A stretch of DNA of 64,000 nucleotides from Planctomycetota bacterium (GTDB taxonomy: Bacteria; Planctomycetota; Phycisphaerae; Phycisphaerales; SM1A02). Location of the stretch: NCBI GenBank assembly GCA_003671025.1, contig QWPW01000013.1, forward strand, positions 13,998 to 77,997, written 5' to 3'. The notes under the pieces are model-generated. The model did no database searches. It was not told the DNA's origin and was given only the letters and a program-made list of their open reading frames with translations. A program made the position numbers and the translations under genes. Shown in pieces: positions 19,182 to 28,561 of this stretch. Position 1 is the first letter of the stretch, and every line of letters begins with the position of its first letter.

Positions 19182-20165
19182 TCACTTCGCAGCGCGTAGA
19201 GATCGTTGCTTGGCGGCAAAGTCGAGGAACGCGCGTCGCTGTTGCGGCTCGAGCAGCGCGTAGACCTCGCGGTAGGCATCGCGCTGCATGGCGGGAGAAT
19301 CGTCGCCTGTGAGTTTGGCGAGAAACAGCGGTGTGAGCGCGGTGCGCACCTGTTCCGCTTGTGTTCCGCTGAGATCAAGTGTGCGCGCAAACACCTCAAA
19401 TTCAGCGGCGGCGAAGGCAATTTTCGCCTCGATGGCCTCTTTGAGCAGCATGCCCACGTGTTCGAGATCAAGACGAGTTCGGATCGCGAATTCAGTCCTA
19501 TCAGTTTGCCCGCCAGTTTGCGCGCCAGACTGCGCGACTTGTGCTTCGCGCACGAGGGTGTCGAAGTAGCGCCGCTCAAGTTCGCGCGCGTGTGCCACCG
19601 TGGTCGCGCGCACGCCGTCGGCGCGCTCGAACTCATCGAGAAAAACGCCTCGATCAAAGTAGGGTTTGAATGAGAGCAGCACGCGCACCAAGTCACTCAT
19701 CGCGCCGATGCGCACGAGGAGTTGCGCACTGGTGATGCGCGCCGAAACATTCTGTAGCGCGAAGATGCCGCGATAGTTTTTGGAAAGCAACGCATCAAAC
19801 GCAGCACTTCGCGCCGCGCTCACGCGTTCGAGTGCCTTTCGTTCCGCGTCGTTGAGCGCGTAGATTCCACGCGCGGCGTCCATCGCATCGAGCGCATCGC
19901 GCCCCGGCTGCGCACTTGCACGCACGATGCTGCCGGAAAAGTCTCGACGAACGATGGTGGGGCGAATCCGTCGCGTCGCTTCAATCGAAAGATCCACCGT
20001 TGGTCCAGCGAGAATGTCTCCGCGAATGGTGGATCCGTGGGTCTTCTCGCCCTCGTGCTCAGTCGGCACGATCGGCAGTGGAGCACCGCAACGCGAGAAG
20101 CTCGAGAGCGTGACAAGCAGCGAAATCACGGCGTTTTCAAGCATGTTTTGCGAGTGTACGCTCAC
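19182..20165 (-). CDS. Hypothetical protein
   Basis: 327-aa ORF with an alternative start at 20144 (MLENAVISLLVTLSSFS). Helical, with several L-x-x-x-Q-like segments; no firm family. Confidence 0.45.
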   Translation of the reverse strand: MSVHSQNMLENAVISLLVTLSSFSRCGAPLPIVPTEHEGEKTHGSTIRGDILAGPTVDLSIEATRRIRPTIVRRDFSGSIVRASAQPGRDALDAMDAARGIYALNDAERKALERVSAARSAAFDALLSKNYRGIFALQNVSARITSAQLLVRIGAMSDLVRVLLSFKPYFDRGVFLDEFERADGVRATTVAHARELERRYFDTLVREAQVAQSGAQTGGQTDRTEFAIRTRLDLEHVGMLLKEAIEAKIAFAAAEFEVFARTLDLSGTQAEQVRTALTPLFLAKLTGDDSPAMQRDAYREVYALLEPQQRRAFLDFAAKQRSLRAAK

Positions 20166-20212
20166 GGAGCATCAAGACAAGCGCGAGGGGCATGCTTCTG
20201 TACACTTCGTGC

Positions 20213-21601
20213 ATGACTGCCCCGCGCACGCTCGCTCCCGTGTTCCACAACATCCTCGAGATGATCGGCAACACGCCGATGCTTGAAATCAAGCGGATGG
20301 ATACGGGACCGTGTCGGCTGTTCGTGAAGATGGAGTCGATGAACCCGGGCAACTCGATCAAGGATCGCATCGCGGTCACCATGATCGACGCGGCAGAGAA
20401 ATCGGGGCAGTTGCGCAAAGGCGGCCGCATCGTCGAAGCGACTGCGGGCAACACAGGTTTAGCGCTCGCGCTTATCGCGGGGCAGCGGGGATATCGCCTC
20501 ACGGTGGTTGTGCCCGACAAGATGAGCGACGAGAAGATTTCGCATCTACGCGCGATGGGCGCCGAAGTGATTCTCTCGCGCTCCGATGTCGCCAAAGGAA
20601 ATCCTGAGTACTACCAAGACGTTGCCGAGCGCATCGCGCGCGATGATCCCGATGCGTTCTACACCAACCAGTTTGCGAACGAGGCGAACTCGCTTGCGCA
20701 CTACCAAACCACTGGTCCTGAAATATGGGAGCAGATGGAAGGGAAGATCGACGCATTCGTCGCGGGAGTTGGCTCAGGCGGCACGGTGAGCGGCGTCGGC
20801 AAGTACTTCAAAGAGCGCAATAAAGCCTGCGAAATCATTATTGCCGATCCCATCGGTTCGATCCTCACCCCGTTGGTCAACGAAGGGCGCAAGGTCGAAC
20901 CGGGCTCGTGGTTGGTCGAAGGAATCGGTGAAGACTTTGTGCCTTCGATTCTGCATCTTGAACTCGTGACCAAGGCCTACGCGATTTCTGATGGCGAGGC
21001 GTTTCATACCGCGCGCGAATTGCTCAAGAAGGAAGGCGTGCTCGCTGGATCATCGGTGGGCACGCTGCTTGCTGCATCGCTGCGCTACTGCCGCGAACAA
21101 ACGCAACCAAAAAACGTGGTCACGCTCATCTGCGACAACGGAGCGAAGTATCTCTCCAAGATGTTCAACGACTTCTGGATGATCGACAACGGCTTCATCG
21201 AGCGACCAACCTACGGCGACATTCGCGACCTCATCGCGCGTCGCCATCTCGAGCGCGAGGACTTTTGTCTGAGCCCGACGATTCCGGTGGTGCAAGCGAT
21301 CAAGCGCATGCGCATGTATTCGATTTCGCAGATGGCGGTGATCGATGAGAAGGACAACGTGGTTGGAATCCTCGATGAAACCGATGTGCTCATGGCGCTG
21401 GTGCATGATCGTGACTGCGCCAACAAGCCGGTGCGTGATTTCATGAGTAGTCGCGTCGAATCGATTCGTCCGATGGCGAGCGTGAACGATCTCCTGCCTA
21501 TCTTCCGCGCCGATCGCGTGGCCGTTGTCTCTGATGAGAAACACTTCTACGGACTCATCACCAAGATCGATCTCATCAACTATCTGCGCAAGCAGCTGTA
21601 A
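20213..21601 (+). CDS. Cystathionine beta-synthase (PLP fold type II + C-terminal CBS-domain pair)
   Basis: NPGNSIKDRIA (PLP Lys), TAGNTGLALALIA, GVGSGGTVSGVGKY, then two CBS motifs (..QMAVIDEKDNVVGILDETDVL.. and ..RVAVVSDEKHFYGLITKIDLINYL). Confidence 0.85.
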   Translation: MTAPRTLAPVFHNILEMIGNTPMLEIKRMDTGPCRLFVKMESMNPGNSIKDRIAVTMIDAAEKSGQLRKGGRIVEATAGNTGLALALIAGQRGYRLTVVVPDKMSDEKISHLRAMGAEVILSRSDVAKGNPEYYQDVAERIARDDPDAFYTNQFANEANSLAHYQTTGPEIWEQMEGKIDAFVAGVGSGGTVSGVGKYFKERNKACEIIIADPIGSILTPLVNEGRKVEPGSWLVEGIGEDFVPSILHLELVTKAYAISDGEAFHTARELLKKEGVLAGSSVGTLLAASLRYCREQTQPKNVVTLICDNGAKYLSKMFNDFWMIDNGFIERPTYGDIRDLIARRHLEREDFCLSPTIPVVQAIKRMRMYSISQMAVIDEKDNVVGILDETDVLMALVHDRDCANKPVRDFMSSRVESIRPMASVNDLLPIFRADRVAVVSDEKHFYGLITKIDLINYLRKQL

Positions 21602-21633
21602 GCCTGAAAACTAGGCAAAAACAAGGGTAAATC

Positions 21634-22845
21634 ATGGCCTCTGCATCCAACTCTCACCATCTCGCCACCCAGTGCATCCACGGCGGTCAACACGTCGACC
21701 CCACCACGGGCGCGGTGATGCCTCCGATTTACACGAGCTCGACGTTCGTGCAAGAGTCGCCCGGCGTGCACAAGGGCTTCGAGTATTCGCGCAGTCACAA
21801 CTCCACGCGCTTTGCGTTTGAGCGATGCATCGCCACGCTCGAACACTCGGGGCTGAGTGAAGAAGCCGAGCGCACCTGCGGCGGATTCGCGTTTGCTTCG
21901 GGTCTCGCGGCCATTGCTACGGCGCTTGAACTCATGGACGCGGGCGACACGATTTTGTGCATGGACGATGTGTACGGCGGCACCAACCGCTTGCTCAATC
22001 GCGTGCGCAAGCGCAGCGCGGGATACAAAGTCGAGCACATCGACTTCAGCGACCTTGCGGCTACCGACGCGGCGATCAGCAAACACAAACCAAAGATGGT
22101 GTGGCTCGAGACGCCGACCAATCCCACGCTCAAACTCGTTGACATCGCGGCGGTGTGTCAACGCGCGCGTGCCGTCGGTGCATGGAGTGTGGTCGACAAC
22201 ACGTTTGCCACGCCGATGTTGACGCGACCACTTGAGCTTGGCGCCGACATCGTGATGCATTCGACGACCAAGTATGTCGGTGGTCACTCCGACACGGTCG
22301 GTGGCGCGCTCATCACCAACTCGCTTCCTCTCGCGGAACAACTGCGCTTTTTGCAGAACGCCATCGGCAGCGTGATGGGGCCGTTTGATGCGTATCTCAG
22401 TCTGCGCGGGCTGAAGACATTGCATGTGCGCATGGAGCGTCACTGCAGCAGCGCGATGACGTTGGCCAAGCGTTTGGAAGCGCATCCCAAAGTTGCGCGC
22501 GTCGTCTATCCCGGTCTTGCCAGTCATCCGCAGCACGCGTTGGCGGCGGCGCAGATGCAGCTCGATGGCAAGCCTGCATTTGGCGGGATGATCACCATCT
22601 TCCTCAAGGGCGGTCTCGCTGAGAGTCGACGCTTCTTAGAGAACGTTCATCTCTTCGCGCTTGCTGAGAGTCTCGGCGGCGTCGAGAGTCTCATCGAGCA
22701 TCCCGCGATCATGACGCACGCGAGTGTGCCCGCCGCGATGCGCGCGCAACTGGGAATCAGCGATGCGCTGGTGCGACTCTCGGTGGGAGTCGAGCATGTC
22801 GACGATCTCTGGCGCGATCTCGAGCATGGACTCGCGAAGGTCTGA
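21634..22845 (+). CDS. Cys/Met-metabolism PLP enzyme, probable cystathionine gamma-lyase
   Basis: 403 aa. YSRSHNSTR, VVDNTFATP and HSTTKYVGGHSD (PLP Lys) motifs, with an AAGGG-like RBS upstream. The gamma-lyase role is inferred from adjacency to CBS. Confidence 0.75.
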   Translation: MASASNSHHLATQCIHGGQHVDPTTGAVMPPIYTSSTFVQESPGVHKGFEYSRSHNSTRFAFERCIATLEHSGLSEEAERTCGGFAFASGLAAIATALELMDAGDTILCMDDVYGGTNRLLNRVRKRSAGYKVEHIDFSDLAATDAAISKHKPKMVWLETPTNPTLKLVDIAAVCQRARAVGAWSVVDNTFATPMLTRPLELGADIVMHSTTKYVGGHSDTVGGALITNSLPLAEQLRFLQNAIGSVMGPFDAYLSLRGLKTLHVRMERHCSSAMTLAKRLEAHPKVARVVYPGLASHPQHALAAAQMQLDGKPAFGGMITIFLKGGLAESRRFLENVHLFALAESLGGVESLIEHPAIMTHASVPAAMRAQLGISDALVRLSVGVEHVDDLWRDLEHGLAKV

Positions 22846-23526
22846 GTGATGGCGAGCGACGACACGAGTTTCACGCTCGAACGCGTAGGCGCGCCCGACG
22901 ATCCAACATCGTTCTTGGAATTGCGCGCCGTCGGTCAACGCGCGGGACACGGCGTGCGCTGTGATCTTTCGACTGTCTCGTTGCGCGGTGGTTTGTCACA
23001 GGCGCGCGCAATGCCGATTGCGAAAGCGTTGGGTGACGCGCGAACGGTGGTCGACGCGACCGCGGGATTGTTGTGCGATGCGTTCTTGCTCGCCGTCGCT
23101 GGCTTTGAAGTGTTGGCGTTGGAGCGCTCGCCGTGGGTGTATCAACTCGCAGCCGATGGACTCGCGCGCGCGAAACAAGACGTCCGCTTGTCGGCGCTCA
23201 TAGGCGACCGCTTGCGGCTCGAACATGTGGACGCGCGCGCGTGGTTGACCGCGCACATCGGCGCGCTCGACGCACCCGACGCCGTTGTGATTGACCCTAT
23301 GTTTCCCCCGAAAAAGAAGCGTTCCGCGCTTCCGCGCAAAGAGATGGTGGTGCTACGCGAAGTGGTGGGTACCGATGTCGACGCGCAAGAACTTCTTGCC
23401 GCCGCACGCGCGTGCGCGCGGCAACGGGTGGTGCTCAAACGCGGCGACGATGCGGTCGAGTTAGCCACGGCCGACTGGAACATCGAAGGAACCACCGTGC
23501 GCTTTGATGTGTGGCGTTGCGGTTGA
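22846..23526 (+). CDS. rsmJ: 16S rRNA (guanine1516-N2)-methyltransferase RsmJ
   Basis: VVDATAGLLCDAFLLAVAGFEVLALERSP ... VVIDPMFPPKKKRSALPRKEMVVLREVVG ... RVVLKR closely parallels E. coli RsmJ (DPMFPHKQKSALVKKEM). Confidence 0.8.
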   Translation: MMASDDTSFTLERVGAPDDPTSFLELRAVGQRAGHGVRCDLSTVSLRGGLSQARAMPIAKALGDARTVVDATAGLLCDAFLLAVAGFEVLALERSPWVYQLAADGLARAKQDVRLSALIGDRLRLEHVDARAWLTAHIGALDAPDAVVIDPMFPPKKKRSALPRKEMVVLREVVGTDVDAQELLAAARACARQRVVLKRGDDAVELATADWNIEGTTVRFDVWRCG

Positions 23527-23542
23527 GCACGCGCGCGTGAAC

Positions 23543-24163
23543 CTACGGGCACAGTCGCGTGATGCGATACGAACCATCATCAATGCGCGTGTAGCGCACA
23601 CGGTCATGCAAGCGAAATTTGTCGCCGCGCCAGAACTCGATCAACTCAAGCGCCACGCGATAGCCGCCCCAATGCGGAGGACGCGGAATCTCGATGCCGT
23701 GGTACTTGCGGGTGATTTCCACTGCGCGTGCTTCGAGCGCCGCGCGATTCGCAATCGGTTCACTCTGGTTGCTCGCCCATGCGTTGATGCGACTTTCGCG
23801 CCGGCGCGATTGAAAGTACTCGTCGCTCTCTGCGTCCGTCGTCTCGATCACTGCGCCGGCGATGCGGATTTGTACATCGAGAATGTCCCAGTGAAACAGC
23901 AATGCCGCGCGCGGATGCGCGGCCAAGGCGCGACCCTTCTGGCTCAACCGATTGGTAAAGAACACCGCGCCTTCGCGGTCGAAATCTTTGAGCAACACGA
24001 TGCGCGCGCTCGGATATCCGTTGTCGTCAACGGTCGCCAATGTCATCGCGTTGGGATTGGGAAGTCCCACAGTCTGCGCAGTAGCGAACCACGCGTTGAA
24101 GACCGGAATCGGATCGGTGGGCGGCTGTTCAAATTCTGCGGTGGTCGAAAGCATGTTGCTCAT
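23543..24163 (-). CDS. pdxH: Pyridoxamine 5'-phosphate oxidase
   Basis: ..ATVDDNGYPSARIVLLKDFDREGAVFFTNRLSQKG..IRIAG..SDEYFQSRRRESRINAWAS.QS..PPHWGGYRV..IEFWRG...RLHDRVRY. ATG at 24163. Confidence 0.85.
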   Translation of the reverse strand: MSNMLSTTAEFEQPPTDPIPVFNAWFATAQTVGLPNPNAMTLATVDDNGYPSARIVLLKDFDREGAVFFTNRLSQKGRALAAHPRAALLFHWDILDVQIRIAGAVIETTDAESDEYFQSRRRESRINAWASNQSEPIANRAALEARAVEITRKYHGIEIPRPPHWGGYRVALELIEFWRGDKFRLHDRVRYTRIDDGSYRITRLCP

Positions 24164-24173
24164 GAAGTGCTCG

Positions 24174-25058
24174 TTACTTGCGCGATTTCTTCTTGCGCGC
24201 TGGTTGACCTGTTCTCTTCTTGGCCTCGACACGCTCACTTGATTTTTCGGTTGCCGCTGACGAGAGCGATGGTTCGTGTGCGCGCATCAGTGCGTCGATC
24301 GATGCGTCATCAAGTTCACTCAGCGCTTCAAGCAGTGCGCGTCCGCTACGACCATCGAGAATCGCCAACGGATCGGCGACTTCCTTTGTCGCGAGACGGT
24401 AGCGCCTCAGCGCTGGCGTCTCATGACTCGCCGTCGCGGGAACTTCCGCGAGTACGACAGGTTGCTCCGGTATCGCGCGTGCTGCGCCACGCTTGGGCGG
24501 CGAGGGAGTGATGTTCATCGAATCACGCGTCGCCGCAAGTGGCGGCGGCGTAGTCGCACGCGGCGCGCTCTCGATGGCCGCATGTGCTGCAGTGATTCCA
24601 AACAGTCGCATCCATCCATGCGCTTCGCGTTCTGAAAGTGGAACGCTGCGGCGAGGATCAGGGAGCGATGGTGCGCGCTTGCGCAGATGCGCGGCGTCTT
24701 TCGCGAGCGTGCTCAGAAACTCTTCGCTCTTGAGAAGTTCTGCGCCGAGCGCTTTCGCGCGTTGGCGAAGGGCGCGATCGCTGGTGACCACCGTCATCCG
24801 TCGCGGCGCTGAGTCGCGTTGAAGCAGCGAGATGATGTGATCGTCGGCAGTGCGTTTGTGACCGCTGCCTTCGATCACGATGCGTCCGCTCCGCCGCGCG
24901 CCCGACGGAACTCCATCGCAGATCAGCCAAATCGCATCGGAACCGAATCGGCTTTGGGCAATGAGTGCCGCGAGCCCATCGACATCAACGCCGGCCATCT
25001 CGGGCGGGAGCACGCCCTCGACATGGAGCACGTTGTAGGTGTCAATAATGACAGGCAT
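24174..25058 (-). CDS. NYN/PIN-like nuclease domain protein of the YacP/Rae1 family with long C-terminal extension
   Basis: From the ATG at 25058: MPVIIDTYNVLHV..IWLICDG..GHKRTADDHII..VVTSDRALRQRA matches the YacP pattern (DGYN.., ..FD., ..ADE.I, ..TSD). About 150 extra low-complexity residues ending in a basic tail. Confidence 0.65.
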   Translation of the reverse strand: MPVIIDTYNVLHVEGVLPPEMAGVDVDGLAALIAQSRFGSDAIWLICDGVPSGARRSGRIVIEGSGHKRTADDHIISLLQRDSAPRRMTVVTSDRALRQRAKALGAELLKSEEFLSTLAKDAAHLRKRAPSLPDPRRSVPLSEREAHGWMRLFGITAAHAAIESAPRATTPPPLAATRDSMNITPSPPKRGAARAIPEQPVVLAEVPATASHETPALRRYRLATKEVADPLAILDGRSGRALLEALSELDDASIDALMRAHEPSLSSAATEKSSERVEAKKRTGQPARKKKSRK

Positions 25059-25373
25059 CGCGTTGCAGGATAGGCTCAGAGCGGGCTTAGCGGCGTCGGT
25101 GATTGAGCGCGCGGTTGGCTGGTGCTCCTCGCTCACGCGCACGTGCTTGTTGCACCCGAGAATTCGCCGCGTGTCACGGGCAAGTTGCTTGCTCGAATTG
25201 GGCGACCGCTGAGCCTTGTCGGTCGAGGCTCTCTCCACTTCGCGCATGTTCACGCATCGGGTCGAGCACTTCCCAACTTCGATGACGCGATGGCCTTGAC
25301 CGATCGCAGTAAATCGAGTCGAATAGACGACTCGATAGTTGCACCCCTCAGTTCTTCAAGGACCCGATTTTCA

Positions 25374-25652
25374 ATGTCTATCCGTATCAAAGCCCGTAGT
25401 GGCGAGTCCGTTGAGCAAATGCTCCGTCGGTTCAAGAAGCTCTGCGAGAAGGAAGGCTTGACCAAAGATGTCAAGCGCAAGATGAACTACGAGAAGCCCT
25501 CGGAGCGCAAGCGTCGCGATGCGAAGCGTCACGAGCCACGGCCGATTCGCCCAGGTTCTGATCGTCAAGGCGGCGCTACTTCTGCGAAGGGCCCAGCCGG
25601 CGCGAAGCGTGATTCGAAGGGTCCTCGCGGCCCACGCAGCGGTGGTTTCTAA
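25374..25652 (+). CDS. rpsU: 30S ribosomal protein S21 (with extended basic Gly/Pro-rich tail)
   Basis: MSIRIKARSGESVEQMLRRFKKLCEKEGLTKDVKRKMNYEKPSERKRR, then a 40-aa basic extension. ATG at 25374 within the longer track ORF. Confidence 0.85.
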   Translation: MSIRIKARSGESVEQMLRRFKKLCEKEGLTKDVKRKMNYEKPSERKRRDAKRHEPRPIRPGSDRQGGATSAKGPAGAKRDSKGPRGPRSGGF

Positions 25653-25657
25653 GCCGC

Positions 25658-26131
25658 ATGCGCTCACGTTCCACCGCTGATCCAGAAACGACGCTTCAGT
25701 TTGCGCTCGACATCACGCGCACCGTCGCCGACTCGAAATGCAGCGATGTGCTGCTTCTCGATGTGCGCGGTCGCAGCCAAGTGTGTGACTACGTCGTCAT
25801 CGGCTCGGGCACCAGTCAGCGCCAGATGCGCTCGGTGGCGCAAGAGATCGAAGACCTCGGCAAGGCGCGCGGACAACATCCGTATCGCTCCAACGCTGAT
25901 GACAGTTCGACGTGGATCGTGACCGACTTCGTAGAGATCGTGGTGCATCTCTTCGAGCCGGATCAGCGACTCTACTACGACCTCGAACTTCTCCACGCCG
26001 ACGGCAAGCGCGTCGACTGGCGTCGTCCCGAAGGCGACGTGCCCCCCGCGCGCGGTGCGAAAGCGGCGTTAAAGGCCGCGACAAAGTCGAAAGCCACGGC
26101 GGCCGATGTTGACGACGACGCTGACGAATGA
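25658..26131 (+). CDS. rsfS: Ribosome silencing factor RsfS (Iojap family)
   Basis: ..KCSDVLLLDVRGRSQVCDYVVIGSGTSQRQMRSVA..W.V.DF.EIVVHLFEPDQRLYYDLE. Confidence 0.85.
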   Translation: MRSRSTADPETTLQFALDITRTVADSKCSDVLLLDVRGRSQVCDYVVIGSGTSQRQMRSVAQEIEDLGKARGQHPYRSNADDSSTWIVTDFVEIVVHLFEPDQRLYYDLELLHADGKRVDWRRPEGDVPPARGAKAALKAATKSKATAADVDDDADE

Positions 26132-26337
26132 GTCGTTCGCGTGGCTTGTTTTGTGCTGATTTGCGCGATTGCGCGCAGCTCAATCGACACAGAACCAACT
26201 ACCCACTGCGGCCATCCATTGCGACCACGCACTGCGACCACCCATTGTTCGGTGCGCCGTGCGGACTCGCGTGCGCCCATCATGCGCGCATCGATCGAAC
26301 TCTCCCAACTCTTTGATGTCCGCGCCTTTCGAGGCAC

Positions 26338-26381
26338 GATGAATGCATGATGAATGCATGATGAACGCATGATGGACGCTT
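26338..26381. repeat. 11-bp tandem repeat x4 (GATGAATGCAT)
   Basis: Units at 26338, 26349, 26360 and 26371; the last two are degenerate. Intergenic, about 115 bp upstream of the hydrolase start. Confidence 0.85.
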
Positions 26382-26494
26382 GTCGCAGCCTCGCTGCAGG
26401 CGGGCCTGTACAGCATGTTCGCTCGTGTACTTCACGTAAGGCACTCTTGTCGTCAATGCACTTTCAACTGATCCAGTTGCTCACCGGAGTCTCC

Positions 26495-28561
26495 ATGTCG
26501 CGCCTCACCTCTCGCCGCGTTTCTCCCTCTCACGACCTGTATCGCGTCGCGCTTCGTTGCGTTGTGAGTGTGGCGTTCATCATCGCTCCGTCGCTGACGG
26601 CGCAAACGTCTCTTCCTGCAACGAGTGCGCCGACAACCGGCGCACAACCAACGATCGCGCCTGCCGATTGGAACGGCGGTTGGATCGGAGTGGTGACAAC
26701 GGCTTCGGTCACGCCCGCGGGTCAAACTCCCATCAATCTCCCTGTGCATCTCGTCATTTCTGGCGCGCCGAACACGCCAACGATTGAGATCACCGCGGCA
26801 CTCGCGGGAGCGATCGCGGCTCCTGCGCGCGAGGCGTCGCTCAAGGATCACACGATTGGGTTTTTGCTTTCGTCTTCGGGACGCAACGCGCGGTTTGATG
26901 GCAAACTTTCCGACGATGGCAGCACCGTCACCGGGTCGTTTGGGTTCACCGATGAAGAAGGAAAATCGATTCCGCCAACATTGCCGTGGACGATGCGTCG
27001 CGTTGATCTCGTGAGTTCCGTCGCGAGTGCGAAGACCTACAACATGACGCTCGGGGCGATGGGACAGAAGATCGCGATGACGCTCGCATTGGGTGAAGGT
27101 CCACACGGTTGGTGCGGCGCGATCGACATTCTCGCGCAGGGCATACGCAACTTTCCACTTGAGGTTTCCAAGGATGGCGACACCATCGTTGCGGTGATGC
27201 AAGTTGCGCCGCCGGGATCCTTTCGTCTCAAGCCGAGCACGCAAGCTGGCGTACTCGAAGGCACGTACACGCAAGCGAGTTTCACCGAACCCGTGCTGCT
27301 CACCGAAGTGGCGGGCGGCAGGCTCGCGTCCGCGCGTCGCCCTCAAGATCCAGTACCGCCGTTTCCTTACACCGATCGTGAAGTGATGGTCACCCACATG
27401 TTCGGACACAAACTTTCGGGAACGCTTTCGTTGCCGACGAACAACACGCTTGCGCGCGACGGCAAGTTTCCCGCGATCGTGTTGGTGTCGGGATCGGGTC
27501 CACAAGATCGCGATGAATCCATTCTCGGGCATCGTCCCTTTGCAGTGATCAGTGATGCGTTGGCGCGCGCGGGTGTCGCAGTGCTGCGCTACGACGATCG
27601 TGGCACGGGCGGATCGACGGGTGACTTCGCCGCGTGCACCACCGCGGACTTCGCCACCGATGCTGACATGTGTACGGAATGGCTGAAAAAGCAGCCCGAA
27701 ATCGATGCCGCGCGCATCGGCATGCTCGGTCACAGCGAAGGCGCGATGATTGCGCCGCTCGTCGCGCAGTGGCAGAACGTCGGCGATGTGCCGATCAATC
27801 CGCTCGCCTTTGTCGTGTTGCTTGCGCCGCCGATTGAGCCATGCGGCTCGGTGCTCAATCGTCAAACACAGCTGCTCTATGACGCATCAGGAACCAAGCG
27901 CGAAGTGAGCGACCCTGCAGTTCTCGCGCACGGCCAAGTGATGCGTGCAGTCATGGACAAAGCCTCGGCCCAAGAACTACGTCCGTTGGTCGAGGATCTC
28001 GTGCGCGCGCAGCTCGCCGCTGCGGGACAAGTTGCAGCGAACGATGCCGACTTGAAGACCATGTTTGACGGAGCGATGGAGCAACTCACCAGTAAGTGGA
28101 TGACCTTCTTCATTCGCTTTGATCCGCGCTCCGCGATCGTGGCCAACGAAGTACCCATGCTTGCGATGTTCGGCTCGAAGGATGTGCAGGTCGAAGCCGC
28201 GTCGAATCAATCGTTGCTCGTGGCGCTCACTATTCCCTCGAAGCGGCCCGCGACGGTGCGCGTGTATGAGGGACTGAATCATCTGTTTCAGCCTGCGACC
28301 ACCGGACTTCCTAATGAGTACGGATCCATCGAAACGACGTTCGATCCGAAGGCACTTGCGGATCTCGTCGCGTGGGTTGTCGTTGAGGCGGGACGAGCTC
28401 CGATGCCGCAGATTCCGGAAGCGTCGCGCCCGACCATCAACTTCGGCGGCGCGCCCGCGGCCGCGCCGGCCAGCGGTGGCGGTGGTCTCGTCCCAAGCTC
28501 GACTCCGAGACCTTCACCGGCGGAAGCGGCGCCGCTCACCGTTCCAGGCGCAACGTCGTGA
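26495..28561 (+). CDS. Secreted alpha/beta hydrolase (serine hydrolase) with large N-terminal domain
   Basis: Signal-like N-terminus from the ATG at 26495. GHSEGAM nucleophile elbow (G-x-S-x-G), the ..LVSGSGPQDRDE.. motif typical of the S9/S33-like fold, and a Pro/Ala-rich C-terminus. Confidence 0.6.
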   Translation: MSRLTSRRVSPSHDLYRVALRCVVSVAFIIAPSLTAQTSLPATSAPTTGAQPTIAPADWNGGWIGVVTTASVTPAGQTPINLPVHLVISGAPNTPTIEITAALAGAIAAPAREASLKDHTIGFLLSSSGRNARFDGKLSDDGSTVTGSFGFTDEEGKSIPPTLPWTMRRVDLVSSVASAKTYNMTLGAMGQKIAMTLALGEGPHGWCGAIDILAQGIRNFPLEVSKDGDTIVAVMQVAPPGSFRLKPSTQAGVLEGTYTQASFTEPVLLTEVAGGRLASARRPQDPVPPFPYTDREVMVTHMFGHKLSGTLSLPTNNTLARDGKFPAIVLVSGSGPQDRDESILGHRPFAVISDALARAGVAVLRYDDRGTGGSTGDFAACTTADFATDADMCTEWLKKQPEIDAARIGMLGHSEGAMIAPLVAQWQNVGDVPINPLAFVVLLAPPIEPCGSVLNRQTQLLYDASGTKREVSDPAVLAHGQVMRAVMDKASAQELRPLVEDLVRAQLAAAGQVAANDADLKTMFDGAMEQLTSKWMTFFIRFDPRSAIVANEVPMLAMFGSKDVQVEAASNQSLLVALTIPSKRPATVRVYEGLNHLFQPATTGLPNEYGSIETTFDPKALADLVAWVVVEAGRAPMPQIPEASRPTINFGGAPAAAPASGGGGLVPSSTPRPSPAEAAPLTVPGATS

